Origin: Octopus bimaculoides | Taxonomy: Eukaryota | Assembly: GCF_001194135.2 (NCBI RefSeq) | Contig: NC_068987.1 | Coordinates: forward strand, 34,180,393-34,244,277 | Direction of reading: 5' to 3' | Length of the DNA: 63,885 nt | Shown: positions 1 through 12,855 of the stretch, in pieces | How positions within the stretch are numbered: the stretch's first letter is position 1 | Layout of the letters: each line of letters opens with the position of its first letter | Translations under genes and position numbers: made by a program | Notes under the pieces: model-generated | The model's input: the letters and a program-made list of their open reading frames with translations, nothing else | What the model was told of the DNA's origin: nothing | The model's database searches: none

Positions 1-130
1 GTTCGGCAAAAGAGAACGATAGAATAAGTACTGGGATTACAAAGAATAAGTTTTGGGGTTGCATTGCTCGACTAAAGGCGGTGCTCCAACATGGCCACTA
101 TCAAATGAATGAAACAAGTAAAAGAGTAAA
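1..130 (+). mobile_element. 3' end of abundant SINE family (here SINE-F1)
   Basis: Matches the reverse complement of the tails of the copies at 17.8 and 18.9 kb (GGCGGTGCTCCAACATGGCC...GAAACAAGTAAAAGAGTAAA). Confidence 0.75.
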
Positions 131-142
131 GTATATATACAC

Positions 143-176
<34 letters not shown>

Positions 177-226
177 AAGATATACAGAAAGTGGATATAA
201 GTTAAATTAGTTAAGTTCATATATAG

Positions 227-345
227 TCTGATAGTTTCCGTCAACCAAATCTCCCCACATGGCACTGGTCGGCTCGAGGATATAGAAGAAGGCACCTGCC
301 TATTCTCCTGCACAGTGGGACGCGTTTTCGAAGCAAACCTCTCCA
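227..345 (-). mobile_element. Degenerate 5'/middle fragment of SINE-F1
   Basis: CAAATCTCCCCACATGGCACTGGTCGGCTCGAGGATATAGAAGAAGGCACCTGCC aligns with 19175-19235 (CAAATCCACTCACAAGGCTTTGGTCGG...TAGTAGAAGACAATTGCC). Confidence 0.6.
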
Positions 346-1497
346 CCAAACATCCATGCATGTGGCTTACTGTTAAAATTTTGAATTAAGTGCATAAATA
401 TGAAAATTCACTTATGTAGTGTAATGCATTATTTATACGGAATTTATCTACGTCAAAATTATGCATATATATGTTATTATCTGAAAAACATGCATACATC
501 ACTATTGGATAGCGCACGAACATACAGGCCCCCCCAAAAAAGGGGCCATATATATTTCTGTACGTGCAAACATATAGACACGCACAAAGTAGTGTACTTA
601 CATATACGCAAGGAAATGTATGTATGAACATTAATATAGAGACGAATACATGTAGACAGCCGAGAGTATTAAGGCATATACTTATTTATCACAAGCGCAT
701 ATATACAAGCAGAAGAGCAAGAATAGGCCATATATAACACTATTTTATTTCACATGCGCAGGCACACATATATACGCAAAAGCACATATATATTCGTATG
801 TACCTGCTAACTTGTTTATACGCAGATGTATGCTAGCTTATACGATATGTGCACATATAGATGTATAATGCGTAAATGCGCATATACTAACGCAGTGAAG
901 TATGTGTAATGGAAAACGCAGTTGTATTACGAAAGCTATAAAGAATAAGCAAACGAACATATATGTAGATATGAGAAAAACTGTAGGAGGGAAATCAGTA
1001 AAAAATAAAAATAAATTGAGAAAATGGCTTTTCCTGAGTGGGTTGGTGTATTTGTTAAAATGGTGATCGTGAATTTGAAGGAGAAGTAATGCAACCAAAA
1101 AAGGGCAATGATTATGCGAAATTTTCAACATGAATTTTCAAAATTTCTTGTTTAAAGACGATGCAATATCAGAGATGCACAAACACGCTTACGTTTATAC
1201 TCCAATAATTATATAATGGAAAACGCCTACACTTTAAAAATTAATAGATGTCAACGCATACAAACACTCTGAGGTACATGCTAACTCAAACTACGAGGCA
1301 TTAACAATCCATTCATCCATACCTATATATATATATCTCATGCATATAAGGAACCACGCAATATTTATGTTACGGAATATATTCATGTATGCATGATTTC
1401 ACGCTCAAATATTTATACATATTATATACATTCATTTATTTACGCGCGCGTGTGTGTGTGAGTGAGTGTGTGTATGTGTGTATGTGCGTGTGTGACA

Positions 1498-1536
<39 letters not shown>

Positions 1537-1892
1537 NNNNNNNNNNNNNNNNNNNNNNNNNNNNNNNNNNNNNNNNNNNNNNNNNNNNNNNNNNNNNNNN
1601 NNNNNNNNNNNNNNNNNNNNNNNNNNNNNNNNNNNNNNNNNNNNNNNNNNNNNNNNNNNNNNNNNNNNNNNNNNNNNNNNNNNNNNNNNNNNNNNNNNNN
1701 NNNNNNNNNNNNNNNNNNNNNNNNNNNNNNNNNNNNNNNNNNNNNNNNNNNNNNNNNNNNNNNNNNNNNNNNNNNNNNNNNNNNNNNNNNNNNNNNNNNN
1801 NNNNNNNNNNNNNNNNNNNNNNNNNNNNNNNNNNNNNNNNNNNNNNNNNNNNNNNNNNNNNNNNNNNNNNNNNNNNNNNNNNNNNNNATATA

Positions 1893-1924
<32 letters not shown>

Positions 1925-3234
1925 AATATACATATATATATGCGTGTGTGTGTACACATATATATGTATGCACACACATATATATATGTATATGCGAGCA
2001 CCTACATATATAGATACATACATGCATATACACATACACTCACGCATGCACATGCATATGTATCTAACATCCATCCATATGAACCCTAACCCTCTCTTTC
2101 GCCTTCGTTCTGCTTCTGTATTTATTGTCTACCTTCTCTCTTTCACTACCACCCCATCTCTCCCTCTCTCTCTTTCTCTCTCTCCTTCTATATGTTCTGG
2201 GTAAAAATGCTAAAATATGGCGGCATTAATGCATGCAGACGTAGATAAAGCATGAATGTAGGAACTAAAGTTTAGTTGCACCGTATTATATGTATGTGTA
2301 TTCGTACAAGTGTGAATACATCCGGCAATGTTATATTAGTATATTGCATTAGTCATTTAATGGTGTTAGCGTGCGCGTGTTTGTATGCAGTAATATATAT
2401 ACCTTTCTGTAGATAACTTCATGCATAACTATACTTTTAGGAAGATGTATTCTATTTTAGTTATATGTCAGCTTGTATCAGTGCTGTTTTGATATCTATG
2501 CACTAATCAACCTGACATCAACGGTATACTTTCAGTGTATCTAAGGTACCGAAATTATAACAAAAATAGGAGAGCATTTGCTTCTCCAGAATCTCTAACC
2601 TCTTCGATAATAATGTTCTGAACATAACATATACTACATTAAGTATTGTCTTTTGTTTCTGAGTCGGTACTTCAGCATAGTCACGGTCAAATAAGTGAAA
2701 GAATTAAGAGAGTAAAAGAATTATATATATATATATATATATATNNNNNNNNNNNNNNNNNNNNNNNNNNNNNNNNNNNNNNNNNNNNNNNNNNNNNNNN
2801 NNNNNNNNNNNNNNNNNNNNNNNNNNNNNNNNNNNNNNNNNNNNNNNNNNNNNNNNNNNNNNNNNNNNNNNNNNNNNNNNNNNNNNNNNNNNNNNNNNNN
2901 NNNNNNNNNNNNNNNNNNNNNNNNNNNNNNNNNNNNNNNNNNNNNNNNNNNNNNNNNNNNNNNNNNNNNNNNNNNNNNNNNNNNNNNNNNNNNNNNNNNN
3001 NNNNNNNNNNNNNNNNNNNNNNNNNNNNNNNNNNNNNNNNNNNNNNNNNNNNNNNNNNNNNNNNNNNNNNNNNNNNNNNNNNNNNNNNNNNNNNNNNNNN
3101 NNNNNNNNNNNNNNNNNNNNNNNNNNNNNNNNNNNNNNNNNNNNNNNNNNNNNNNNNNNNNNNNNNNNNNNNNNNNNNNNNNNNNNNNNNNNNNNNNNNN
3201 NNNNNNNNNNNNNNNNNNNNNNNNNNNNNNNNNN

Positions 3235-3289
<55 letters not shown>

Positions 3290-4202
3290 CAGAGAAAGAC
3301 ATAGAAAGACAGAAAGAGTGCTGAACGGCTGATGATATGATTACAAAAACAAAAGGAAAAAGGAAAGGCCTCCACTCAGAGAACGAAAAGTATAATTTAT
3401 CAAACACTAGAGTTATATCTGCGTCACTGTAAGTTTCATACTAGGACAGTTCAGTAATCGTCAAACCTTTTATAGCATGGAGTGTACTATGGGGCAAACA
3501 TTCAGGCAAAAAAGGGAACAACCCATCTCTTAGAAAAAGTAAGAAAGAGCGAAAAATCTATTGAAATATATATCAGTGGCGGCCGATTTTGTGCTTGCGT
3601 GCAGCTACCATTACAGCAGCTATGTCACCACCGTTGCTTGAAGGTGACTACCTGCTACTGGTGTATTTTTATGTGTTTTAACACTATATGTTCATAAGAG
3701 TTACTTTCTTGAGACGAATACCGTTTCTGTATGTGTAAAAGCTTGAAGGTGCGTGTGTGCGCGCGCGCGCGCGCGTGTGTGTGTGCACGTGTGGGTGTAT
3801 GAATGTGAGTCGACTGGAAATAACGTCGCAAGCTCACTTTTCATTTTCATAAAATGATCAATGAAATGTTCCAGCACGCCGTTCAGATTCACTTCGCAAT
3901 ATTCAGGTATCGTCTTTATACATATACATACACACACACATACGCAAGCACACACGAAAACAAACACAACCATATTTATATTGGCATAGATCAAGAGAGG
4001 CAATCAGAAAGGCAAAGAGGGAGAAGGAGAGAGATACAGAAAAAGTGTCGCACGTACATACGTGCACATGCGCCCACAAATGCCTTTATTCAATGAAGAT
4101 AGTAAATCTGAAAATATAAGGTTAGTAAGAGACACATATATATAGACACAAATATATATACATATATACACATACACACATACACAAACACACACATATA
4201 TA

Positions 4203-4236
<34 letters not shown>

Positions 4237-4705
4237 NNNNNNNNNNNNNNNNNNNNNNNNNNNNNNNNNNNNNNNNNNNNNNNNNNNNNNNNNNNNNNNN
4301 NNNNNNNNNNNNNNNNNNNNNNNNNNNNNNNNNNNNNNNNNNNNNNNNNNNNNNNNNNNNNNNNNNNNNNNNNNNNNNNNNNNNNNNNNNNNNNNNNNNN
4401 NNNNNNNNNNNNNNNNNNNNNNNNNNNNNNNNNNNNNNNNNNNNNNNNNNNNNNNNNNNNNNNNNNNNNNNNNNNNNNNNNNNNNNNNNNNNNNNNNNNN
4501 NNNNNNNNNNNNNNNNNNNNNNNNNNNNNNNNNNNNNNNNNNNNNNNNNNNNNNNNNNNNNNNNNNNNNNNNNNNNNNNNNNNNNNNNNNNNNNNNNNNN
4601 NNNNNNNNNNNNNNNNNNNNNNNNNNNNNNNNNNNNNNNNNNNNNNNNNNNNNNNNNNNNNNNNNNNNNNNNNNNNNNNNNNNNNNNNNNNNNNNNNNNN
4701 NNNNN

Positions 4706-4757
<52 letters not shown>

Positions 4758-5750
4758 TTCATATAATCTATATATATATATATATCTTAATTATATATCT
4801 ATATATATCTATCTACCTATCTCTCTCTATATTTATGTATGTATATACATATATATCGACATATACATATATAGATATATACATAAGGACTACAAACTTA
4901 CCCACTCACTTCTACGCACATTTATTCCGAATTTCTTTCCACTTTTGTCCTGCAGAGAATGAATGTATAAATAAGACAAATTAAGAAAAAAAGAAAGAAA
5001 TGAACGCACAAAACAAGGGTTGCAATAGCAAAATCAACAACAATAAGATGAAAACAACAACATGAAAACTATAAAAATAGCTACATTAAAAATGTAAGGC
5101 ATCTAACAAAGGAATATATGCGTTTATTTTGATATTTTTCAAATATATGCGAATTGCATGATATCATTCTATACGTTAAATAAAATAAATACAGAATAAA
5201 AATCTACGAAAATAATCGATTTACATTCTACAAAGCGTACAATTCTTGTTCGGTAATCTATAGAATTTGAGAAGACATCAAAGACAGAAAATTCATTCAT
5301 TTATACAATGTTGAGATTTAAAGGTTTGTTATACATATAATATAAAGGACTGAAATAAACTGATTCACAAACTGACACGTATACTTAATAAAGGCGCTTC
5401 AGTACACACACACGCGCTGAACGCATAGAATTATACGTAATATACATTATGCATGCATCCATACGTACATATATGCATACATAGATTCATAAATACATAT
5501 ATCTATCATATCTGTATATATATTTGCATATATGTGTTTGTGTGTGTGTGTGTGTGTGTGTTTGTGCGTGCGTATAGCTCTCGATGTATATGTATATATT
5601 AATGTATTTATAGGTGTGTATGCATACGCACATACATACACACATACACACATACACCCGTATCATCTATCTATATACTTTTACTTTTATGTCAGTTGCT
5701 ATCAATATATACGTATATATATGCATATGCATGCATTATCAAATATACAT

Positions 5751-5787
<37 letters not shown>

Positions 5788-5869
5788 CATATATGCATTT
5801 ATGTGTATATATATGTATGAATATATGTATGCATATATGTATATAAGTGTATATATATGTGTGTGTGTT

Positions 5870-5913
<44 letters not shown>

Positions 5914-6849
5914 TACGTATCTCTAATATTGTGTGTGTATGTGTGTATGTGCGTGCGCCTGTGTGTATATGTGTCTGTGTGTATGCACATATATGCATGC
6001 ACATGTGTACTGCAAGGAAATGAATGTGTTTGTTGCATACTGGGTTTAGAGTGATTGGATATTTTTGCTAGAGTTATTGAACGAGTCCCTTGAAATGGAG
6101 AATGTGACGTACATTATTCAAAATGCCAGCGATGATACATGATACTTATCTTATCCTTTTTCAATATTCAATCTGAAAGGATTTATTTCTGTGTTCGATT
6201 TCTACACACTTGTACATGCAGACACCCACACCCACACACGCACATACAGATAACAAGAAGAGCAACAACATTAACAGCAGCAAAAATAACACCTATAGTT
6301 TCCGATGTTGATGCTAGGCCAGGGATAAAGCTATATTGGCATTAATTTTATATATCCCGATGTACGAAAGGCAAAGGCGACCACACCGGCATTGAAATTC
6401 AGAACATAAAAACAGCCTAAGTGACGCAAAGCAGTTTTCACAGCGTGCCAAAATTTCTGACAGGTCTCCGACCTATCAACAACAATATCAGCGGTAGCAG
6501 CAGCAGCAGCATCAATAAAAAGAAAACAATAAGAACAACAATAATCTGTCGTAGTTTTAACCACAGGGCAAGGTTTAGGAGAGGAGGTTAATAAATGCCA
6601 TCGACAATGTTCATCTATTTCTCATTTCATGCATCTGTACCTTTGAAAGGCAAAACCAAAATTGAAATCAGATCTTAAAGCTCCGGAAGAAATGCCGCTG
6701 TTTCTTCTGATGCATTAACTATTCTGTCAGCTCTTGGTCCTAAACCCATTTGCTTCCGCTATTACGGTGGCGGATGACTGCTACGTTATATAAATCTGAT
6801 GTTGGGATCTTAACATAGAATCGAATAAGACAACAATTTATAGTTTGAG

Positions 6850-7110
6850 TACAAATTGCATGCGTTATGAAAGACAAGGCAATGAGGCCAATCGTAAAAC
6901 CCCACCATCGAAGCCCTTCCTAAACACAAACGGGGAGCGTTCTCTCCAATTTCTGATTTTCAACATACTGGCTTTTATTTCCACGACTCTCAGCCAACTT
7001 TCAAGGAAATCATTGAAATACAGCACTTTCCTAGCTACTTTCGCCTTATATTCAAGTAAAACTTGAAAACGTTGGTGAAGTACGTACACAAAATGAAAGT
7101 CTCTCACATC
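6850..7110 (-). mobile_element. Possible L1/Tx1-like LINE ORF2 C-terminal fragment
   Basis: ORF 6865-7107 (LLEYKAKVARKVLYFNDFLESWLRVVEI) resembles the K-x-K-V-x-x-E-R...F-x-x-x-W C-terminus of Tx1-type ORF2. Weak. Confidence 0.3.
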
Positions 7111-8440
7111 CTTGCAGCTTTGTCCAGCATGCTATCTCGTCCACTACAGCCAAGTAACAGAAAACTGCCTTTTCTGCTCATTTAAAGGAAATAATCACGA
7201 TCTGTGTTCTGAATCCAGATCACACATAATAACAGCAGTTCGATATATTTCTACAGTTCAGCAATGCCAAAGCACACAACGCGTGCTCCCAGATGGGTTT
7301 CATCGATCTAATCGCATGACAGATAATTCTAAATGACAGCACTTCACCAACAGTCCCGTCCTGATGGCTGTTCCTGTTTCCTGAAGCCATACATCCAACT
7401 TTTTTCCTAACAGCTCCCAGGGCGCCACTTTGAAAACTTTCCATAGTTTGCTGATTTCCTATTCAGCTCCTGGTATTTTTCCACTTTCTCACTTCCCTTC
7501 TCATTCACATTGAGGTCCAGCGGTGAATCAATAATCACAATAATTGCTTTATTCTTCTTCTTTCCTACGACAATCACAAGTCCCCAAGCCACAATAAAAT
7601 GGTGACACTGGATGGTTATGGTGCACAACATCTTACATTATTTGTTTTCAGCAAACCTTTCCGTTGGTTCTCATACCATTTCTCATTTTGCTCATGTCAT
7701 ACTTATGACGAAGTTTCCATTAAATCACTCTAGAAGTATTGTCGTGCCTTCTCTTGTACTCCTTTGTACCAGTATCTTACATTCAATAACAATATGGTTC
7801 AACGTTTCGCCTTTCTGACTACGCAATTTACAAGGTAGGGTAGTCACTGACTTGTCAGTTTTGTACTTTATACAGTTCATTCTTAGTTTATGTTCTTAGA
7901 CTCTGAAGTTATGAGTTTCGCTTTCAACTAACAAATCCTTTTTTCTAGTCTAGTTCCAGATCTTATCTGTGTCAACTTTTTCAGGCATTTTCCTGCAACA
8001 ATTGACCGTACATTTTTTTACCTTTACCAACTTTTCATTTCATGGTGTCATTCTGTCTGTCTTATTTAAATTCTTCTCTTTCCTTTGATTCAATACTGCT
8101 CAGGACTTTTATCTTTCTTAATCCTGCCATCAATCTCTCTTTCGAATTCTTTACATACAATGCCAGATTATTTTGCTCAGATATCACGCACATTTCAAAG
8201 CCGATGGAAAGTCATCTTCCTCTCTGTCACGATAGATACAGCCTGTCTTAATCAATGTTAAAGTGTAGAGCCCCGTGTAGTGTCATTATTTTCTTGTCAT
8301 ATCAGTCATTTTCTTTCATTACTTCTCCTACCTATCACACCGGCGCTATACTTTAGGGTTGCAACGGTCCATGTATTACAGCCAGAATATTATTCCTACC
8401 TCTTAACTTTTTTCTTTAACACCAATTTCAATCTCTGTTA
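7110..8440 (-). mobile_element. R4/Dong-clade non-LTR retrotransposon, 5'-truncated, degraded (RT end, CCHC knuckle, REL endonuclease)
   Basis: Minus-strand translation across stops gives KYKTDK...CKLRSQKGETLNHIVIEC (zinc knuckle), TIQCHHFIVA...IIDSPLD..VNEKGSEKVEKYQEL (REL). ATT repeats lie just beyond the 5' break. Confidence 0.8.
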
Positions 8441-8757
8441 ATATTCGTTTGATTATTATTATTATCGAGAGGAAGAGAGAGATTGAGAGAGATAGAGAGA
8501 GAGAGCGAGTGATATATATATATATATATATATATATANNNNNNNNNNNNNNNNNNNNNNNNNNNNNNNNNNNNNNNNNNNNNNNNNNNNNNNNNNNNNN
8601 NNNNNNNNNNNNNNNNNNNNNNNNNNNNNNNNNNNNNNNNNNNNNNNNNNNNNNNNNNNNNNNNNNNNNNNNNNNNNNNNNNNNNNNNNNNNNNNNNNNN
8701 NNNNNNNNNNNNNNNNNNNNNNNNNNNNNNNNNNNNNNNNNNGAGAGAGAGAGAGAG

Positions 8758-9620
8758 AGCAATGCATGCCATCAAATAGACACTAGTGTACTGATTTACG
8801 AAACCCAATATATCTACCATGATTACCTTTCTGATAAGGGTAAACCAGGCACATGCATCATAACCGTATGTGCGTGACATGGTGATTTCATATGAAAATT
8901 AAAAGTGTATGAACTTGCAGGCGAGGTCCATTTAGAATTTCCTTCAGGGCAAGTAGTCCCCTCGCGGAGAAATGTCCCTGATTAAGGTTTATTTAAGGAC
9001 GACGAACGAAATACTCTTGTTTCTAGGAAAATTATTCAAACCCCAAAGAATCCTTCTCAAAACATGGCTATGATGCGCCACCATTACTGCTTATAATCAG
9101 ATGCACATATTATCATACACTAAGGGAAATGCACAAGTGGCCAAGGAGAAGCAGCGACTTAAAAGTAAATCTGTAGTACATATATTTTATATCAACACGA
9201 ATCATGTACAAGATAAAACTACGAACCAGTCAAAATCGGAAGCCATGTCAGATATAAATATTACTGTGTTAGAGAGCAGTGCATGCCATCAAAGTGACAG
9301 TGGGGAGATTTATACGAAGCCTATTATATGCATACTGACTACCCGTCTAATAAGGGGACACCAGGCACACGCATTACAACCATATGAACGTGACATGGTA
9401 ATCTCATATCAAGATAAACGGCGAATGACATAGCAGGTGAGGACCAGTTAGAATTTTCTTTAGGTCGGTAACATATACCGCTCAAAAGTCCCATATTTGC
9501 AGAGGTGAATTAGTCAAACCATAAAGAAATCCCTACATGGACATGCTCAATTGTTTATGGTCAAACAACAGACGAGTAAATATGTGGTATTAAGCAGAAT
9601 ATCTGCTGAACCCCATTTTT
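8758..9620. repeat. Two diverged tandem copies (about 8758-9130 and 9275-9620) of a dispersed non-coding repeat
   Basis: Both begin GCA(A/G)TGCATGCCATCAAA and share ACCAGGCACA(T/C)GCAT, CGTGACATGGT(G/A)AT(T/C)TCATAT and TTAGAATTT(C/T)CTT. Confidence 0.7.
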
Positions 9621-9644
9621 ATGTTAAGACAAAACATGTACATA

Positions 9645-9875
9645 ACGTTATTTACATTCGACGGATATTTGTCCTCATCTTGTTTGTTGTACACACAACG
9701 TTTCGGCTGATATAACCTCCAGAATTCTTCAGGTGTCTTGAGGAAATTTCGAAACTGGGTTATTTTTTGATGTTGTTGTTCAGGTTACTGCCTGGAATCG
9801 AACTCGGAATCTTGGGGTTAGTAGTGGGCGTTCTTAACCCCAAGATTCCGAGTTCGATTCCAAGCAGGAGCATGA
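9645..9875. mobile_element. Fold-back copy of tRNA-headed, hammerhead-containing element (family H1)
   Basis: Homologous to 44101-44742. Inverted GGAATCGAACTCGGAATCTTGGGG / CCCCAAGATTCCGAGTTCGATTCC flank a short centre; the right arm runs into (AAT)n and a gap. Confidence 0.85.
9692..9738 (-). ncRNA. Minimal type I hammerhead ribozyme motif (core intact, helix II weakened)
   Basis: Minus strand: GACAC-CTGAAGA-A-TTCTG-GAGGTTATAT-CAGCC-GAAA-CG-TT-GTGT. Helix I is ACAC/GTGT, helix III is the palindrome ACGT. Confidence 0.65.
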
Positions 9876-9890
9876 GCAACAATGATAATA

Positions 9891-9921
<31 letters not shown>

Positions 9922-9976
9922 TAATAATAATTATTATTATTATTGTTATTATTATCTTCATAACCCCACCACAATG

Positions 9977-10069
<93 letters not shown>

Positions 10070-10474
10070 NNNNNNNNNNNNNNNNNNNNNNNNNNNNNNN
10101 NNNNNNNNNNNNNNNNNNNNNNNNNNNNNNNNNNNNNNNNNNNNNNNNNNNNNNNNNNNNNNNNNNNNNNNNNNNNNNNNNNNNNNNNNNNNNNNNNNNN
10201 NNNNNNNNNNNNNNNNNNNNNNNNNNNNNNNNNNNNNNNNNNNNNNNNNNNNNNNNNNNNNNNNNNNNNNNNNNNNNNNNNNNNNNNNNNNNNNNNNNNN
10301 NNNNNNNNNNNNNNNNNNNNNNNNNNNNNNNNNNNNNNNNNNNNNNNNNNNNNNNNNNNNNNNNNNNNNNNNNNNNNNNNNNNNNNNNNNNNNNNNNNNN
10401 NNNNNNNNNNNNNNNNNNNNNNNNNNNNNNNNNNNNNNNNNNNNNNNNNNNNNNNNNNNNNNNNNNNNNNNNNN

Positions 10475-10530
10475 GGGTGAGACTTGGATCCAACTTGTAC
10501 AAATGCAAAACAAAAGTCAAACATAAAATA
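10475..10530 (+). mobile_element. 3' terminus of a Dong-like LINE followed by (AAT)n
   Basis: GTGAGACTTGGATCCAACTTGTACAAATG...AAATAATAAT is nearly identical to the 3' end at 24437-24490. Confidence 0.75.
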
Positions 10531-10554
10531 ATAATAATAATAATGATAATAATG

Positions 10555-10644
<90 letters not shown>

Positions 10645-10647
<3 letters not shown>

Positions 10648-12855
10648 TTATTTTATTTCCACAGCTTCTAATGCTGGAGAAGTAATACAGTGTCAGCTGT
10701 TCACTACCAGTGAACTGAGGTAACACCGCTTATTTTGGGAGCACCATCCGGAGTATTCGAGCGGTTCCGAGCAGTGATATTTTCTGGAAGTGCTTCACCC
10801 TTATTGCAGCCCCATTTTGTTTCATATATTACTCAAATTGTTACTCAATGTTTCCAGTGATCCGACAATTATTGGTGCTACTACCACCTTTTCCAGCAAC
10901 TACAGCTTGTTCACCCCGCCCCTATCCTTCACTTCGCCATACATTGTCCAAGCAATCGCTCAACATTCGATGCAATTCCAAATAGTTTCATAGATTCAAT
11001 AATTCAACAATGTGGTATCACATCGTAAGCCTTACGATAATGGATCTATGACATTGCGAAGCTACTTTTCCTCATCTTGCAGTCTCTAAGTACAGTTTTG
11101 TCTACCAGGTGGTATTTGATCCTATGATACCTCTGCACTTACGCTTGCAACATTTCTGCTCATGTGGCAGGACTCCATTTTTTCCAGATCTACGTACATC
11201 GACTCTTCGACTATTCCAGTCAATAATTTCCACCTATGGGGCAAGATGGTTATCGGCGTGTAATTTTCTACGCTATTGCCTTTTTCGATGCTTTTTTAAG
11301 CACAGCACAATCTTACCCATTGAAAACCACCCTGATGTTACATGGTCGGCAATTAACAAGGCGTTGAGTTGTACAGCTATTCGTTCATGATATTGACCAA
11401 AACTTTTGATCCAGTATCCTTGAACCCTATCTGGTCCCGCGGTCTTCCAATTTCCAAATTTTTTCCCATTTCTTTCACTTCTCTAACTAAAATGATTATT
11501 TCTGCCTCTTGTTTTTACAGACAACAATTTGTTTAAGTTCTTGCAACCATTCAGCATCTTTCTTGGTCTCCTTGTCTTTGCTCCAGATGTCACTTCAAAA
11601 CCTTTGACTTTCAATATTATCTAGTATCAACTTTTCATCTGTGCACTCTCCATTTATTTCTTTATGGAATCTCTTTTGATTTACTCTGAATAACCTATTC
11701 TGCTGATGTCTATTCATTCTGTGGTCGTATTGTAACATCTTTGCCTTCTTTTCAATGAGGCGCTCTTTTAGTTCCTCCATTACCACTTTCAGGCCCTTTT
11801 TTACAATATCATACTTCCTGTCCAGTGCCCTGTATTTTTGTTTCCCTTTAAGTTCCCATTTCTCTTTTCGGCCTAACTCAGAAATATCCTTTGAGAGCAT
11901 ATCTAACCCCGCCTGTATTCTTGTTTGCCACCATGAATATTTTCTTTTGTCACTCCCATTATATTTCTCTTTCTTGACATCATCGCCCACATTTTATCCT
12001 ACAAAAATACTTTCTACCTTGATTAAATTATTTGCTTCTGTGATAATTTTGTGCTCATATATTTCAGACTTTCATTGACATTTTTCGTTTCTTGCTTCAT
12101 CTTCCGGCGATCAACCATTTTTATGGTTACAAATAATGCCACTACCTTTCTCCTGTGTCCTTGACTCTCTTCTGTCGTAGTTTGCCTTTTGACCATCTGT
12201 CATGTCGCCATTAGTTTTATTGTCTTCTTCCAAACCATCTATATGTCTCTCATCGAGCAAGCTATTACTGTTCTTCTCCTGTGGTTTATTAGAGATTTCA
12301 CCTTTGTTTTCTGCTATGAGATTACTTTCATCAGTAGGTGATATGTTGTCATCGTTTCATCCGATGCTGTTTTCCAATACCCGACTTTCGATAGCTTCGA
12401 ACGCTACTTCTCTGAGCCAGCGAGTTTTCTAATTGCTCTACCTTGATAACTTAATTTCTGTTCCGTGATTTGAAACGATCCTTTTTTTTCTCATTTGATC
12501 ATACATACATTGTCGGTAACCCCCTAATATGAACACAAGTTTTTTGTCTACAGGTTTACTCAGGTAGTAACTCTCCATGGCCACAACATTGACTTGTTTG
12601 TTCCACTTACAGCGTGTGTGCTGGTCCATTGTTGGATAACAGCAGACTGGAGTCGGTCCATTAAACTTGAGCCTACCGGGTGCAACATTGTCACCATCAA
12701 GGGCTTCAGTTTCATTACCACTGTTATTCACAATATTTTGTAATTCATATGAGGTAACGATTATCAGGTTGGGCATTTACCAGTGTTTTTATTGTGACGC
12801 CATCACTAGAGGTATCACCATTCAGAACATGCGGAGAGTCCAATCGATTCCTCTC
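10645..12855 (-). mobile_element. R4/Dong-clade LINE with both ends present but most of the RT and zinc knuckle deleted; flanked by (AAT)n on both sides
   Basis: N-terminal RCKWNKQVNVVAMESYYLSKP..GGYRQCMY (12438-12776); ORF 11595-11990 with QNRLFRVNQKRFH; RT start NWKTAGPDRVQGYWIKSF...NYTPITILPHRWKLLTGI...HEQKCCKRKCRG; then a jump to the REL end VVVAPIIVGSL...QKISLLGTARILRMVL. Confidence 0.88.

Noticed and set aside
12328-12334. CTGATGA on the minus strand as a hammerhead
   Set aside because: Inside Dong coding sequence; no helix II or helix III/UH arrangement.
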